The translations under genes were made by a program, and so were the position numbers. Positions 18,778 to 28,199 of a stretch of DNA of 64,000 nucleotides are shown in pieces. Below the pieces are notes generated by a model, which made no database searches, was not told where the DNA came from, and saw only the letters and a list, made by a program, of their open reading frames with translations. Position 1 is the first letter of the stretch, and every line of letters begins with the position of its first letter. The DNA comes from Myxococcota bacterium (GTDB taxonomy: Bacteria > Myxococcota_A > UBA796 > UBA2385), in NCBI GenBank assembly GCA_044344255.1, contig JBIJDH010000003.1:480001-544000 (forward strand), in the 5' to 3' direction.

Positions 18778-19845
18778 TTGTTCAGGTCGACCCCGCCCGT
18801 GCCTCCCTCGTCGCCGCCCCCGCCGCCGCCCCCGCCACAGCTCTCTGCCGCACGCAAGCTCATCTACGGGGTGGTGCTGCTGGTGGGCGTCTTTGGCCTG
18901 CCCGAGCTCGGCCTCCGCCTGCTGCTGCCCGCCGATGTCTGGCTCTACTCGTGGGAGCGCGCGGGGGGGCTGCTCCAGAGCCACGGAAACCGGCTCCTGC
19001 CGCGGCCGGGGCCAGCCGGGCCCTTCATGGATGGGCCCTATCGGTGGACGGCGACGGTCAACGCGCAGGGCCTGCGAGAGGACCTCCCGGTCTCGGCCCT
19101 CCCCGCGGCGGGGGAGCGGCGCCTGCTCGGCCTTGGTGACTCCTGGATGTTCGGCACGAGCGTCACGCAGGGGGCCACGCTGGCCGATCAGGTCGAGGAC
19201 CGACTCGAGGCGGCGGGCTGGGCGGCGCGCGTGGACGTGATCAACGCCGGCGTACCGAGCTTCTCCGCCTTCGACGTGCTCTGGCGCTGGCATGAGCTCG
19301 AGGACGACCTCACCGTCGACGGCGTGCTCCTGAGCGTGCCGCACAACACCGCCAAGCAGGCCGAGGCCGCCGCCGAGCGGGAGGCCTGGTACCGGGCCGC
19401 CGCCGCCGCGCCGCCGCTGGACCTGCGCCTCTACCGCCTCCTCCGATTGGGCCTCGACCGCTACCGCCGCCCCCGCTACGCCGTTCCGCCGAGGGGCGAG
19501 GCCGCCGCCGCCGCCGAGGCAGACCTGATGGCCCTCATCGACGATGTGCGCGCCCGCGGCCTGCCGATCTATGTGCTGCTGTCGGCCACGGAGCTCGAGC
19601 GGGCCCTCGCCGGCGCGCCGCCGCCGGTCGCCGAGGCCGGACGTTATGCGGCGCGGGGGGGCATCACGGGCTGGGCGGTGCTGCCGCAGCGGGAGTGCTG
19701 GGGCTACCGCGACCTCGGCCACCCGAGCGAGCGGGGCGTGGGCGCGCTGTCGGCGGTGGTGGCCAGCCTGGTGACCACGGGTCGCTCGATGGAGCCCTCC
19801 GCCGTCGAGCCGGCCTGCTCGGTCGCGCCGCGCCCGCCGGGCTGA
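18778..19845 (+). CDS. Membrane-anchored SGNH/GDSL-family protein
   Basis: N-terminal TM ending ELGLRL, NAQGLR, block I LGDSWMFG, block II INAGVP, block V DLGHPS. Confidence 0.8.
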   Translation: MFRSTPPVPPSSPPPPPPPPQLSAARKLIYGVVLLVGVFGLPELGLRLLLPADVWLYSWERAGGLLQSHGNRLLPRPGPAGPFMDGPYRWTATVNAQGLREDLPVSALPAAGERRLLGLGDSWMFGTSVTQGATLADQVEDRLEAAGWAARVDVINAGVPSFSAFDVLWRWHELEDDLTVDGVLLSVPHNTAKQAEAAAEREAWYRAAAAAPPLDLRLYRLLRLGLDRYRRPRYAVPPRGEAAAAAEADLMALIDDVRARGLPIYVLLSATELERALAGAPPPVAEAGRYAARGGITGWAVLPQRECWGYRDLGHPSERGVGALSAVVASLVTTGRSMEPSAVEPACSVAPRPPG

Positions 19846-19860
19846 GCGGGGCTGTGGGTC

Positions 19861-21636
19861 TCAGGGGCCGTCGGCCGAGACCGGGGTGGGCGCCCCGCTG
19901 AGCGAGGTGTCCGTCCAGCGTCGCGGGAGGAGGCGGAGCTCCCGGCGCTCCTCGCCCCAGCGCAGCGTGGCCGAACCCTCGTGCCAGGCCTCGAAGGTGG
20001 CCGCCCCGGCGGGGTCGGCGACGGCCCCCAGGGTAGGCTGTCCCGGGAGCTCGAGCCATGCGATCTGGCCGGCGGGGAGGCCGTTGACCTCCACCCGCGC
20101 GCTCGCGCGGCGCTCCCCTCGCGGCCAGGGGGCGACGCCCGCCGCCTCCAACATCGGGGCGAAGGCGGCGCGCCAAGACGGGATGTGGTCGGACGGCGGT
20201 CGTGGGATGACCCCGCCCCAGACGCCGGCCTCGAGCGCGCTCTGCCAGCCCCGCGCGACGGAGGCCCAGCTCACGCCGACGTCGGGGTGGACCTCGATCA
20301 CGTAGAGCCCCGCGCACGCGCGCCCCGCGCAGGGGAGCTCATCGCGCTTCGCGTCGTAGGCGAGCTCTTCGCGGTCGCGGGGGACATAGGCCCGCGGCTG
20401 CGGATCGGCGAAGAGGGTGTCGCTGGCGAGCCGGTGGGCGGCCGCCCCGGGCCCGCCCGGGCCGTGTTCGTCCACCCACATCACGAGGCTCGGGTGGTGG
20501 AGGTTGGCCTCGATGAAGCGGAGGTCGGAGGCGTGGAGCTCCCCCTGCAAGGTCGCGGGGAGGGGCCCTGCCTGGCCGGCGAGGCCCGCGCAGCGGGGGA
20601 CGCGGGAGACGAGCAGCCCGAGCTCGTCGGCCTGCTCCATCCACGCCGCGGGGACCATGTCGCCGTGCATCTCTACGCCGTTCCAGCCGCCGCCGAGGAA
20701 GGGGCTGAGCTGCTCGGCGAGCGAGGGGGGGGCGGGCGTGTAGTCCACCCGCAGGGCGTGGAGGCGGAGGGGGGCGCCGTCGAAGACCAGCCCGGCCTCG
20801 CTGGAGGTGAGGTGGCGGACGCCGGTGCGGTCGGCGCGCTGGTCGAGGAGCGACCCCTCGGCGTCGAGCAGGCTGGCCTCGAGGAGGATGAGCGCGGGAT
20901 CGGCCGGGCTCCAGCGCGGGCCCGTCCAAGGCCGGGGATCGCCCACCGCCTCCCCGTTGGCGGCGAGCCTGGCGGCGCCGAGCTCCTGGACGAGGGCGCC
21001 GTCGAGGGTGGCGCGGAAGCGGATCTCCTGGCCGACGTAGCCGCCCTCCACCCAGGCCATCGGCGTCACCCGGCCGTCCGCCTCGGCCCGCAGCGTGGTC
21101 GAGCGGAGCTGCCGGCGCGGGTGGAGCTCCAGCACCGGGGCCGAGGCCAACCATGGCCAGCCTCGGTTCTTCCCCTGGGAGCGGATGAGCTCTCCGCCGC
21201 TGAGCACGGTGCTGTCGGCCGCCTCGGGGGCGGTGATGTGGATGGAGATCGTCGCCTCGCCGTCGGCGAGGTGGGCGCCGAGGGGGACGCGGAGCGGCGC
21301 GGCGCCGCCGGTGACCGGGGGGAGGCGCTCGCCGTCGACGGTGATCGTCGCCCGCCACCACAGGCCCTCGAGCAGGAGATCGGCGACCTCGGACCTCCGC
21401 TCGAGGGGGATGCGCACGGTGGTCTCGAGGTCGAGCGCGGTCGCTGGCCTCGGATCTCGGAGCCAGGGGCGGTCGTTCCATCCGTGGTCGAGGCGGAGCC
21501 GGGCGCGCGCGGTCATGGGCTCGGGCGGGTCACAGGCCGGGAGCGCCAGCAGCAGGACGGCACCCCAGGCCGCCCGGGGGCCTGTCCGGTGGCGGGGCGG
21601 CCTGCCCGGAGCCCGGCGAAAGCGCTCAGGGGCCAT
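19861..21636 (-). CDS. Divergent glycoside hydrolase family 2-like lipoprotein
   Basis: Lipobox ALPAC; GH2-like segments LLLEGLWWRATITVDG, RWSPADPAL, RTGVRHL, EQADELGLLV, NLHHPSLVMW. Confidence 0.65.
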   Translation of the reverse strand: MAPERFRRAPGRPPRHRTGPRAAWGAVLLLALPACDPPEPMTARARLRLDHGWNDRPWLRDPRPATALDLETTVRIPLERRSEVADLLLEGLWWRATITVDGERLPPVTGGAAPLRVPLGAHLADGEATISIHITAPEAADSTVLSGGELIRSQGKNRGWPWLASAPVLELHPRRQLRSTTLRAEADGRVTPMAWVEGGYVGQEIRFRATLDGALVQELGAARLAANGEAVGDPRPWTGPRWSPADPALILLEASLLDAEGSLLDQRADRTGVRHLTSSEAGLVFDGAPLRLHALRVDYTPAPPSLAEQLSPFLGGGWNGVEMHGDMVPAAWMEQADELGLLVSRVPRCAGLAGQAGPLPATLQGELHASDLRFIEANLHHPSLVMWVDEHGPGGPGAAAHRLASDTLFADPQPRAYVPRDREELAYDAKRDELPCAGRACAGLYVIEVHPDVGVSWASVARGWQSALEAGVWGGVIPRPPSDHIPSWRAAFAPMLEAAGVAPWPRGERRASARVEVNGLPAGQIAWLELPGQPTLGAVADPAGAATFEAWHEGSATLRWGEERRELRLLPRRWTDTSLSGAPTPVSADGP

Positions 21637-22786
21637 GGGGCCCAACGGCCGCGGCGACCGCCTCTCCGATGAGCTGGTGCCCCAGCGGCGTCGGGTGGAC
21701 CTGATCGGCGAAGTGTCCGATGGTGCCTTGGTGATCGTGGAGCCAGCCCGGGCCGTCGATGTAGGGAGCGCCGCTCTCCTCGGCGACCGTGCGCATGGCC
21801 TCCCTGTACTCGAGGATGTCGGCGGGCGGGCCGGCAGGGTCGAGGTCGATCGGCGCCGGGAGGGCGAGGAAGGCCGGCCGGGCGCCGATCCGCTTCGTCT
21901 CCTGGGCCATCGCCCTCAGGTTCTCGATGTAGTCGCGGAGCAGAACCCGAGCCCGGTCTTGGGTGTTGGCGCTCGCGCCGGAGGCTCCGACGGGCGCCTG
22001 TCCGCCCACGTCGTCCTTCATCGAGGCGATCCAGCCCACCTTTCGGTGGAGGAGCCAGGGGGCGAGGAGGTGCCGCAGCAGCCGATAGGTGGCGAGGTGG
22101 CGGAGCGGCCCGCGCAGCTCCTCGACCGCGCTTGGGGGCCGCGTGAAGCCGTGGTCCTTGTAGACGTCGCTCCACAGGTTGCCGATGATCACCCACGTGG
22201 GGGCGGCGGCAGCCCCCTTCTCGCGGAGTCGAGCGAGGGACTGCGAGGAGTCGTGGCCGGGGACGCCGCCGATCACCCCTTGCACCGGCCGCCCCCAGAC
22301 GTCGGTGAGGCGCGCCGCGGCGACCGAGCTGAAGACCTGGCTCTCGGGCACCCCGTCGCCGAAGATGGTGGAGTCGCCGAGGGAGAGCAGCCGGGACTCA
22401 CCCTCGGCGCGGGGGCCGAGCTCGGGCCCGCGGAGGCCGAGCGAGTTGATGCGGCAGGGGACGCTCCCCGACATCACGATGCGGTCTGGGGGCAGGCCCC
22501 AGCCGCTGGCGTCATCCTGGATCATCGGCAAACCACCAAGCTGATCCCGGACCTTCTGGGCTTGTTTCAGGAATTCTGGCTCGCTCCCCGGGCGGGGCAG
22601 CGGGAGGCTGCGATCGGGCGGGGTCAGCCCAGGCTCGGCGAGTCGCGCGCTGAGCTCGAGCAGACCGGCCATGCCGAGTGCGCCGAGGAGGGCGAAGGCG
22701 ACGCGTCGGGGCAGCGAGGCGGTCGAGCGGAGCGGCACGGACGGGACCCGAGGAGGGTGAGGGGAGCGGGTAAGGGGACTTTCCAT
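21626..22786 (-). CDS. Membrane-anchored SGNH/GDSL-family protein
   Basis: TM ending ELSARL, INSLGLRG, LGDSTIFG, GGVPG, DQVHPT. Start ATG 22786 or GTG 22738. Confidence 0.85.
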   Translation of the reverse strand: MESPLTRSPHPPRVPSVPLRSTASLPRRVAFALLGALGMAGLLELSARLAEPGLTPPDRSLPLPRPGSEPEFLKQAQKVRDQLGGLPMIQDDASGWGLPPDRIVMSGSVPCRINSLGLRGPELGPRAEGESRLLSLGDSTIFGDGVPESQVFSSVAAARLTDVWGRPVQGVIGGVPGHDSSQSLARLREKGAAAAPTWVIIGNLWSDVYKDHGFTRPPSAVEELRGPLRHLATYRLLRHLLAPWLLHRKVGWIASMKDDVGGQAPVGASGASANTQDRARVLLRDYIENLRAMAQETKRIGARPAFLALPAPIDLDPAGPPADILEYREAMRTVAEESGAPYIDGPGWLHDHQGTIGHFADQVHPTPLGHQLIGEAVAAAVGPHGP

Positions 22787-22886
22787 CCTACCGGCTCTTG
22801 CGTCCCGGCGACGAGCGCGGGCGGAATTGGTGCCCCCGCCGTTCGGTAGACTGTTCGCCGGCCGTCGCCCTGGGGAGCGCCGCATC

Positions 22887-24869
22887 TTGACTGAAACGCC
22901 CGACGGTCCGCCGGCCAGCGCGCCTCCGCCCCCGCCCTCGGTTCGGCGGCCCGAGGCGGGGGACTGGCGCGTCGGCCTCGCGTTTGCCTTGCTCTCCGGC
23001 CTCGTGACGGTGGGATGGCACGCTCGCGCCCTCTCCGCCGACGCCAGCCTGCCGGTGGGGGACGCGGGCGGCCACCTCATGAACGTCGTGCGGGCGCTCC
23101 ACTGGCTTCAGGGCGGCCCCTTCGTCGCCCAGGCCTTCCCCCCCGCGGTCTATGTGCTCGGGGCCGCGCTCGCCGCGCTCGGCGGCCCCTCCTTGGATCA
23201 CGTCACGCTCGCGGTGGCCCTCTTCGGGGGCCTGCTCGGCGCCACCCTCTCGTGGATCGGCTGGCGCGCCTCGGGGTGGGCGGCGGCCGGGCTCCTCCCC
23301 CTGCTCGCTCTCTCCGCCCCCTTTCTCTCCGGGATGTCGCGGCTCATCCTGCTCGATCTGCCCGCGACCGCCTGCATCACGCTGATCTGGGCGCTCGTGT
23401 GGGAGGGGCAACTCTTTCGTCGCCGGCTGCCCACCCTCCTGCTCGGCCTCCTGATCGGGCTGGCGACGCTCGTGAAGTACACGTTCTTCCTGTGGGTGCT
23501 GCCGCTGCTCCTGCTGGCGGGCCTCGGGATGGCGCTGCGGGCGCCCGCCTCCCTGCTGCCGCTGGCGCTCCTGGCACCGCCCCTCCGACAGGTGGCCGAG
23601 GCCCTCCTGCGCCGAGCGGAGCAGCCCTCGGCCTCCGCTCCTCGCCCGGGAGAGCTGGAGGGCCTGTGCGGCGTGCTCGGGGCCGCGGCCCTCGTCGAGC
23701 TCGGCCTGCTCGGCCTCTCCGTCTGGCGGCTCCGGCGTGGGCGATCGCTCCGATGGCGGGACCTCGGGGACGGCGCCGTGCTCGGCCTCTCCGCCCTGCT
23801 CGCCGTCGCGGTGGCCCTGCCCTGGCTCCACCTCGCGCTGCCCGAGGTGTGGATCAAGGTGCACCACGAGGCGATCGCCGAGGTGCGCAGCGCGGGCCGC
23901 GAGGAGGGCGCCCGGTACGCGGCGACGCTCTTGATGGCGAGCTGGCCGGGCGGGTGGTGGGCCCTCGTGGTGGCAATTTGGATCGAGCTCCTCGTGCCGG
24001 TCGGTCTCCTCGCGTGGGCTCTGTGGCCGCGGCTCCGCCTGCTCGGGCCGCTTCGCCGCCGGTGGCCCCCGCTCGAAACTCCGGCCGGTCGGAGGGCGGT
24101 GCCGCCCTGGCTGCGCGTCGGACCGGCGCTGCCCGTCGCGCTCTCCGGTGTGGCCGGCGCCGCGCTGACCATGGAGACGCTGCCGGTCGACCCTCGCTAC
24201 TTCCTGCCGATCCTCGTCGGAGCGTCGGTGTTGATCGGGCTCGGCGCCTGCCGCCTCCGTGCGCTGCGCTGGACCTTCGGCTTCGCCGTCGCCTTGGGCT
24301 GCCTCGCCTCGCTCGCCGCAGGGGAGGGACTCGGCCCTGCCTCCGCAGAGCGCCTGTCGATGGAGGCCTTCCGGCCGAGCGACGCTCGGCGGGCCGGCCC
24401 CTGGGCCCTCTTTGCCCCCCCGGCCCCGCGGACCCTGCCTTGGCTCCCGCCGATCGAGGCGCTGTTGGCCGAGGTGGCGGCCCGGAGCCCGGTCGGCGCG
24501 GATCGGCGGGTCCTGCTCGTGGTGCCGGCCTTCGGGGAGGGGCGCAGCGCGGGGCTTGAGGATCGCTCGCTTGTCGCCCTCCTGATGCTCCACGGCCTCG
24601 ACGAGCGGGCCATTGAGACCTGGTCGCCCCCCGAGCAGCCCGGCGGCCTCAGCCGCGGCAGCCTCCCAGCGCTCGCGCGGCCCGCGGCCTGGCTGGCCAT
24701 CGCCGGGCTCCGTCCCGCGGCGGCCAGCGCGGCGACGGCGGCCCTCGGCGAGCGGGCGGGAGAGCCCGTGTTCGTAGGGGACGCGGGCGGGCGGGCGGTT
24801 CGCCTGATCTCCCTCGCGAAAGAGGCCGCTCCCCCGCCCTCGCCGCCTGGCCCCGCCGCTTCACCGTAG
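22887..24869 (+). CDS. Polytopic GT-C glycosyltransferase (ArnT/PMT-like)
   Basis: About 12 hydrophobic segments; GDAGGH after TM1, FPP, LLDLP, LVKY, PRYFLP. TTG start chosen because it lies downstream of a TAGACT -10 element (22846-22851); start uncertain. Confidence 0.65.
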   Translation: MTETPDGPPASAPPPPPSVRRPEAGDWRVGLAFALLSGLVTVGWHARALSADASLPVGDAGGHLMNVVRALHWLQGGPFVAQAFPPAVYVLGAALAALGGPSLDHVTLAVALFGGLLGATLSWIGWRASGWAAAGLLPLLALSAPFLSGMSRLILLDLPATACITLIWALVWEGQLFRRRLPTLLLGLLIGLATLVKYTFFLWVLPLLLLAGLGMALRAPASLLPLALLAPPLRQVAEALLRRAEQPSASAPRPGELEGLCGVLGAAALVELGLLGLSVWRLRRGRSLRWRDLGDGAVLGLSALLAVAVALPWLHLALPEVWIKVHHEAIAEVRSAGREEGARYAATLLMASWPGGWWALVVAIWIELLVPVGLLAWALWPRLRLLGPLRRRWPPLETPAGRRAVPPWLRVGPALPVALSGVAGAALTMETLPVDPRYFLPILVGASVLIGLGACRLRALRWTFGFAVALGCLASLAAGEGLGPASAERLSMEAFRPSDARRAGPWALFAPPAPRTLPWLPPIEALLAEVAARSPVGADRRVLLVVPAFGEGRSAGLEDRSLVALLMLHGLDERAIETWSPPEQPGGLSRGSLPALARPAAWLAIAGLRPAAASAATAALGERAGEPVFVGDAGGRAVRLISLAKEAAPPPSPPGPAASP

Positions 24870-24903
24870 AATTGACGTCAAGCCGGCCCGGCCCGGCGCC
24901 TCC

Positions 24904-26115
24904 GTGGAGTACAACCTTGCTCCATTCGTATCTGGAGCGCGCGCCGTGTCCGAGCCCGAACCCGCCCTCGGGGCCCCGCCCGCCGCCGCGCCCGGGGAGG
25001 CCCCCCCGCCCACCCCGCCGTCCCCGCGCCGGCGCCTGAGCTTCGGGAAGCGGCTCCTGTTCTCCATCCTGGTGACGCTGGCGGTCTTTGTCGGGGCGGA
25101 GGGGATCCTGCGGCTGACCATCCCCGTGGCCCGACACGCCTCCTTACCGAATGAGATGATCGAGGCACACCTCAAAGGCGCCGCCTTTCGATACGACCCC
25201 GACCTCTATTGGTATTGGCCCGAGGGCTTCGGCGGGCCGGTCAATGAGTTTGGCTTCGTGCGCACGAAGAAGATGACGATGCAGAAGCCGGAGGGCGTCA
25301 CGCGCGTGGTCACCTTCGGCGACAGCCAGACCTTCGGGGCCGGCATGACCCCCGACAAGACCTACTCCGCCTTCGCCGAAGGCGCGATGGGGCCGGGGTG
25401 GGAGGTGCTCAACGCCGGCATCAGCGGCTATCGGACCCTCAACGTCTATCGGCTGCTGCAGCTCCGCATCGAGGCCTTCGATCCGGACGCGATCATCATC
25501 GACTGCATGCCCTTCGACAGCCCGCGGGACGACGGCCCGATCGTCGGCCGCAAGCTCAGTCGAAATCCGGCCGCAGAATTCTTGAGACAGACCCTGTGGA
25601 CCAGCCGGATCTATTACCTGCTCCGCTTGGGGCTCGAGAAGCTGAACCCCGAGCGGCCGCGCTGGCTCGATCAAGCCACCGAGCGGCGGCATGTGCCGGA
25701 GGGGCTCGGCAACCACGATCGCATCGCCGAGTGGGGGAAGGAGCACGGCGTGGAGGTGATCTTCATGCAGTATGCGATCATGGATGAGATGAACAATTAC
25801 GGCTGCATGACGAACCCGGGGGAGCTCCCCCCCGACCACTACATCGTCCCCACCTGTGAACGGCTGAAGGCCAGCGGCTACCCTGCGATCAAGCTCTATC
25901 AGGACCGCAACCACCTGACGGAGCTCGGCAACCGGCTCGTGGGCGACGTTGTGGCGGAGACGTTGAAGTCCTGGGTCGCCGGAGCGCCCCGGCCGGGCTT
26001 CGTGGAGGCGAAGCAGACGCAGGCGCCCTACCGCCCGCCGGACCCCAACCACGCGCCGGGCCCGCCGAGCCCGAGTGGGCTGGTCGTCCCGCCCGGCCCG
26101 GCGGCGACGCCCTGA
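24904..26115 (+). CDS. Membrane-anchored SGNH/GDSL-family protein
   Basis: TM ending EGILRL, VNEFGF, FGDSQTFG, LNAGISGY, DRNHLT. The start may be GTG 24946. Confidence 0.85.
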   Translation: MEYNLAPFVSGARAVSEPEPALGAPPAAAPGEAPPPTPPSPRRRLSFGKRLLFSILVTLAVFVGAEGILRLTIPVARHASLPNEMIEAHLKGAAFRYDPDLYWYWPEGFGGPVNEFGFVRTKKMTMQKPEGVTRVVTFGDSQTFGAGMTPDKTYSAFAEGAMGPGWEVLNAGISGYRTLNVYRLLQLRIEAFDPDAIIIDCMPFDSPRDDGPIVGRKLSRNPAAEFLRQTLWTSRIYYLLRLGLEKLNPERPRWLDQATERRHVPEGLGNHDRIAEWGKEHGVEVIFMQYAIMDEMNNYGCMTNPGELPPDHYIVPTCERLKASGYPAIKLYQDRNHLTELGNRLVGDVVAETLKSWVAGAPRPGFVEAKQTQAPYRPPDPNHAPGPPSPSGLVVPPGPAATP

Positions 26116-26155
26116 TGCGCCCCCTCGAGGGGGCCGGCCGAGGCGGGCGGGGAAC

Positions 26156-28165
26156 ATGAGCCTGCTCCCCCACACGCGAGGCCGCCTCTTTCGGCTCACC
26201 CTGGGTGGGGCCTTGATGGCGCCGGCCTCGGTCTCGGCCATACGGAACGCGCCCTTCTTGAGAGAGGCGCTCAAGTGGGAGCCCTTGCTCTATGGGGTCT
26301 GGTCGATCGGGCTGCTGGGGCTGCTCCTCGCTGCTGGTGAGCTCCTCGGTGGGCTGCTGCCCGGCGCCGCGCCGCCGGTGCGACCGCGCCCGGTCGTGCG
26401 CCGCTGGCCGGTGGACGCTCTCTTGTCCTCGCTGCTCGTCGGGCTGGGGCTCGCGGTCATGGGCGCCTGGGGGACCATCGCCAACCCGGAGCAGATCCTC
26501 TCCGGCTACGACTACAACACCTACGCGCTCAACGCGATGGCCGCGACCACCGGGGAGTGGCGGCTCTACAACCCTGACAAGCACGTCTTTCACGCCCGGG
26601 TGGTCGCCTGGCTGTTCGGGCGGGGCGATCAGCAGGCCGGGATGGTGGACCTCTCGGTGACCTGCACCGCCCTGCTCCCCGCGCTGACCTACCTCCTCGC
26701 GCGGCGGGCGGGGGGCCGCACTGCCGCCCTGCTGGCCGCCCTGCTGGTGCTCGCCTGTCCCCTGATCTGGCCCTTCACCACCCAGACGACGACCTATCCC
26801 CTCTTCTATGCCCTGATCACGGCCGCTTCGGCGGCGCTGCTCTGGCTGTTGCAGCGGCCGAGCCTTGGGGCCGCCCTGCTCTTCGGCCTCCTCGGCGGGG
26901 CCGCCGCGGCGACCCAGGAGAAGGCCGTGATCCACCTCGCGCCGCTGCTCGGGCTGGTCAGCCTCTTGGGGCTCCCGTCTTTCATCCGAGCGCTCCGGGC
27001 TCGTCCGTGGCGGACGATCGGTCGCCTCTCGATCGTCGTGGCCCTCGCCCTCGGGCTGGTGGTGGGCGTCCTCCGCGGGACGGCGCCACCAATGGAGTAC
27101 ACGCCCTTCGTGTCCCTGCTCACCAACCAGCGGGAGGAGGTCCACCTCCATGTGCCGTACACTTGGGCGGAGGTGAAGACCCCCGACGTGAACGATCCGG
27201 CGGGCCTCCGCGCCTATCTGCCGGTCTGGCTCTGGGACGGCGAGATCGAGAGCTGGGTGGCCGCGGTGCGCACGCCGGCGGACTCCCTCTCGCTCCGTAA
27301 GCGCCGCTCGCGAGACGGGCGGGAGCCGCCGTGGTGGGTGGTGCCGAACACCTCGATCGCGCCCGTGGAGCTCCGACTGCAATCGAACCTCCGCGAGGTG
27401 CGACAGATCTACGGCCCGCTGCCCGAGGCGGGGGCGGCGCTCGTCATCTTCGGGGCGCTGGGCCTCCTCACCCTCGGCGCCGGGCGCGCCCGCTGGGCGG
27501 CGGGGCTCACCGGTGTCTTGCTCTCGGGGCTCGCGCCCCTCACGCTTCGCTTCGGGATCCACTACTACCCACAGCTGGTGCCGATCGTCGGCACTCTGGC
27601 GATGGCGGGCCTCGACGCCATCGTGTGTTGGCTCCTGCCCGGCGGGTGGCGGTGGCTCGGTCGAGCGCCGCTGGTCTGGATAGGGCTCGCTTATGCCCTG
27701 GCCTGGTGGAGCGGCGACGCTGCGGCCTGGGAGCGGCCGGCGCTGGCCTTTCCACCGCCCACGGCGATCCCCCACGAGGACCCGGGTGGCTATGCCTTGA
27801 ACTTGAAGCGCGTCGGCGAGTGGATCGCGGCCGCGCCGAACCCGGGGCCGATCATCGACTGTGTTCCCGGGAGCATGCTGCTCGTGCTGCCCTTTGATCC
27901 TCGTCTCTCCCACTCCCTCGGCGATGGCGCCTGCCTCGAGGGCCTCCGCGTCGCTGTGCCTGGCCAGTGGCTCGTGGCCTCTGGCCACCTCGAGTATCGA
28001 GGGCCCAACACACCCGATCCGCGCGCGCTCGTCAAGGGCGGAGGCTGGCGGGCGGTCGGCGGCTGGGACGGGCGCTTCGGCGCGGTCTCTACCGAGCAGA
28101 CTCGCTTCTCTCGGACCGCGGTGGTGGTCCTCGAGCGGACGGCGGAGGCCGCAACGGCGCCTTGA
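26156..28165 (+). CDS. Polytopic membrane protein, GT-C-like
   Basis: About 11-12 TM segments with large extracytoplasmic loops, GYDYNTY after the early TMs, soluble C-terminal domain. Start ATG 26156 or 26216. Confidence 0.55.
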   Translation: MSLLPHTRGRLFRLTLGGALMAPASVSAIRNAPFLREALKWEPLLYGVWSIGLLGLLLAAGELLGGLLPGAAPPVRPRPVVRRWPVDALLSSLLVGLGLAVMGAWGTIANPEQILSGYDYNTYALNAMAATTGEWRLYNPDKHVFHARVVAWLFGRGDQQAGMVDLSVTCTALLPALTYLLARRAGGRTAALLAALLVLACPLIWPFTTQTTTYPLFYALITAASAALLWLLQRPSLGAALLFGLLGGAAAATQEKAVIHLAPLLGLVSLLGLPSFIRALRARPWRTIGRLSIVVALALGLVVGVLRGTAPPMEYTPFVSLLTNQREEVHLHVPYTWAEVKTPDVNDPAGLRAYLPVWLWDGEIESWVAAVRTPADSLSLRKRRSRDGREPPWWVVPNTSIAPVELRLQSNLREVRQIYGPLPEAGAALVIFGALGLLTLGAGRARWAAGLTGVLLSGLAPLTLRFGIHYYPQLVPIVGTLAMAGLDAIVCWLLPGGWRWLGRAPLVWIGLAYALAWWSGDAAAWERPALAFPPPTAIPHEDPGGYALNLKRVGEWIAAAPNPGPIIDCVPGSMLLVLPFDPRLSHSLGDGACLEGLRVAVPGQWLVASGHLEYRGPNTPDPRALVKGGGWRAVGGWDGRFGAVSTEQTRFSRTAVVVLERTAEAATAP

Positions 28166-28199
28166 GCGGCCCGCCTGCGCGGGGGCGACCGTAGGGCGC

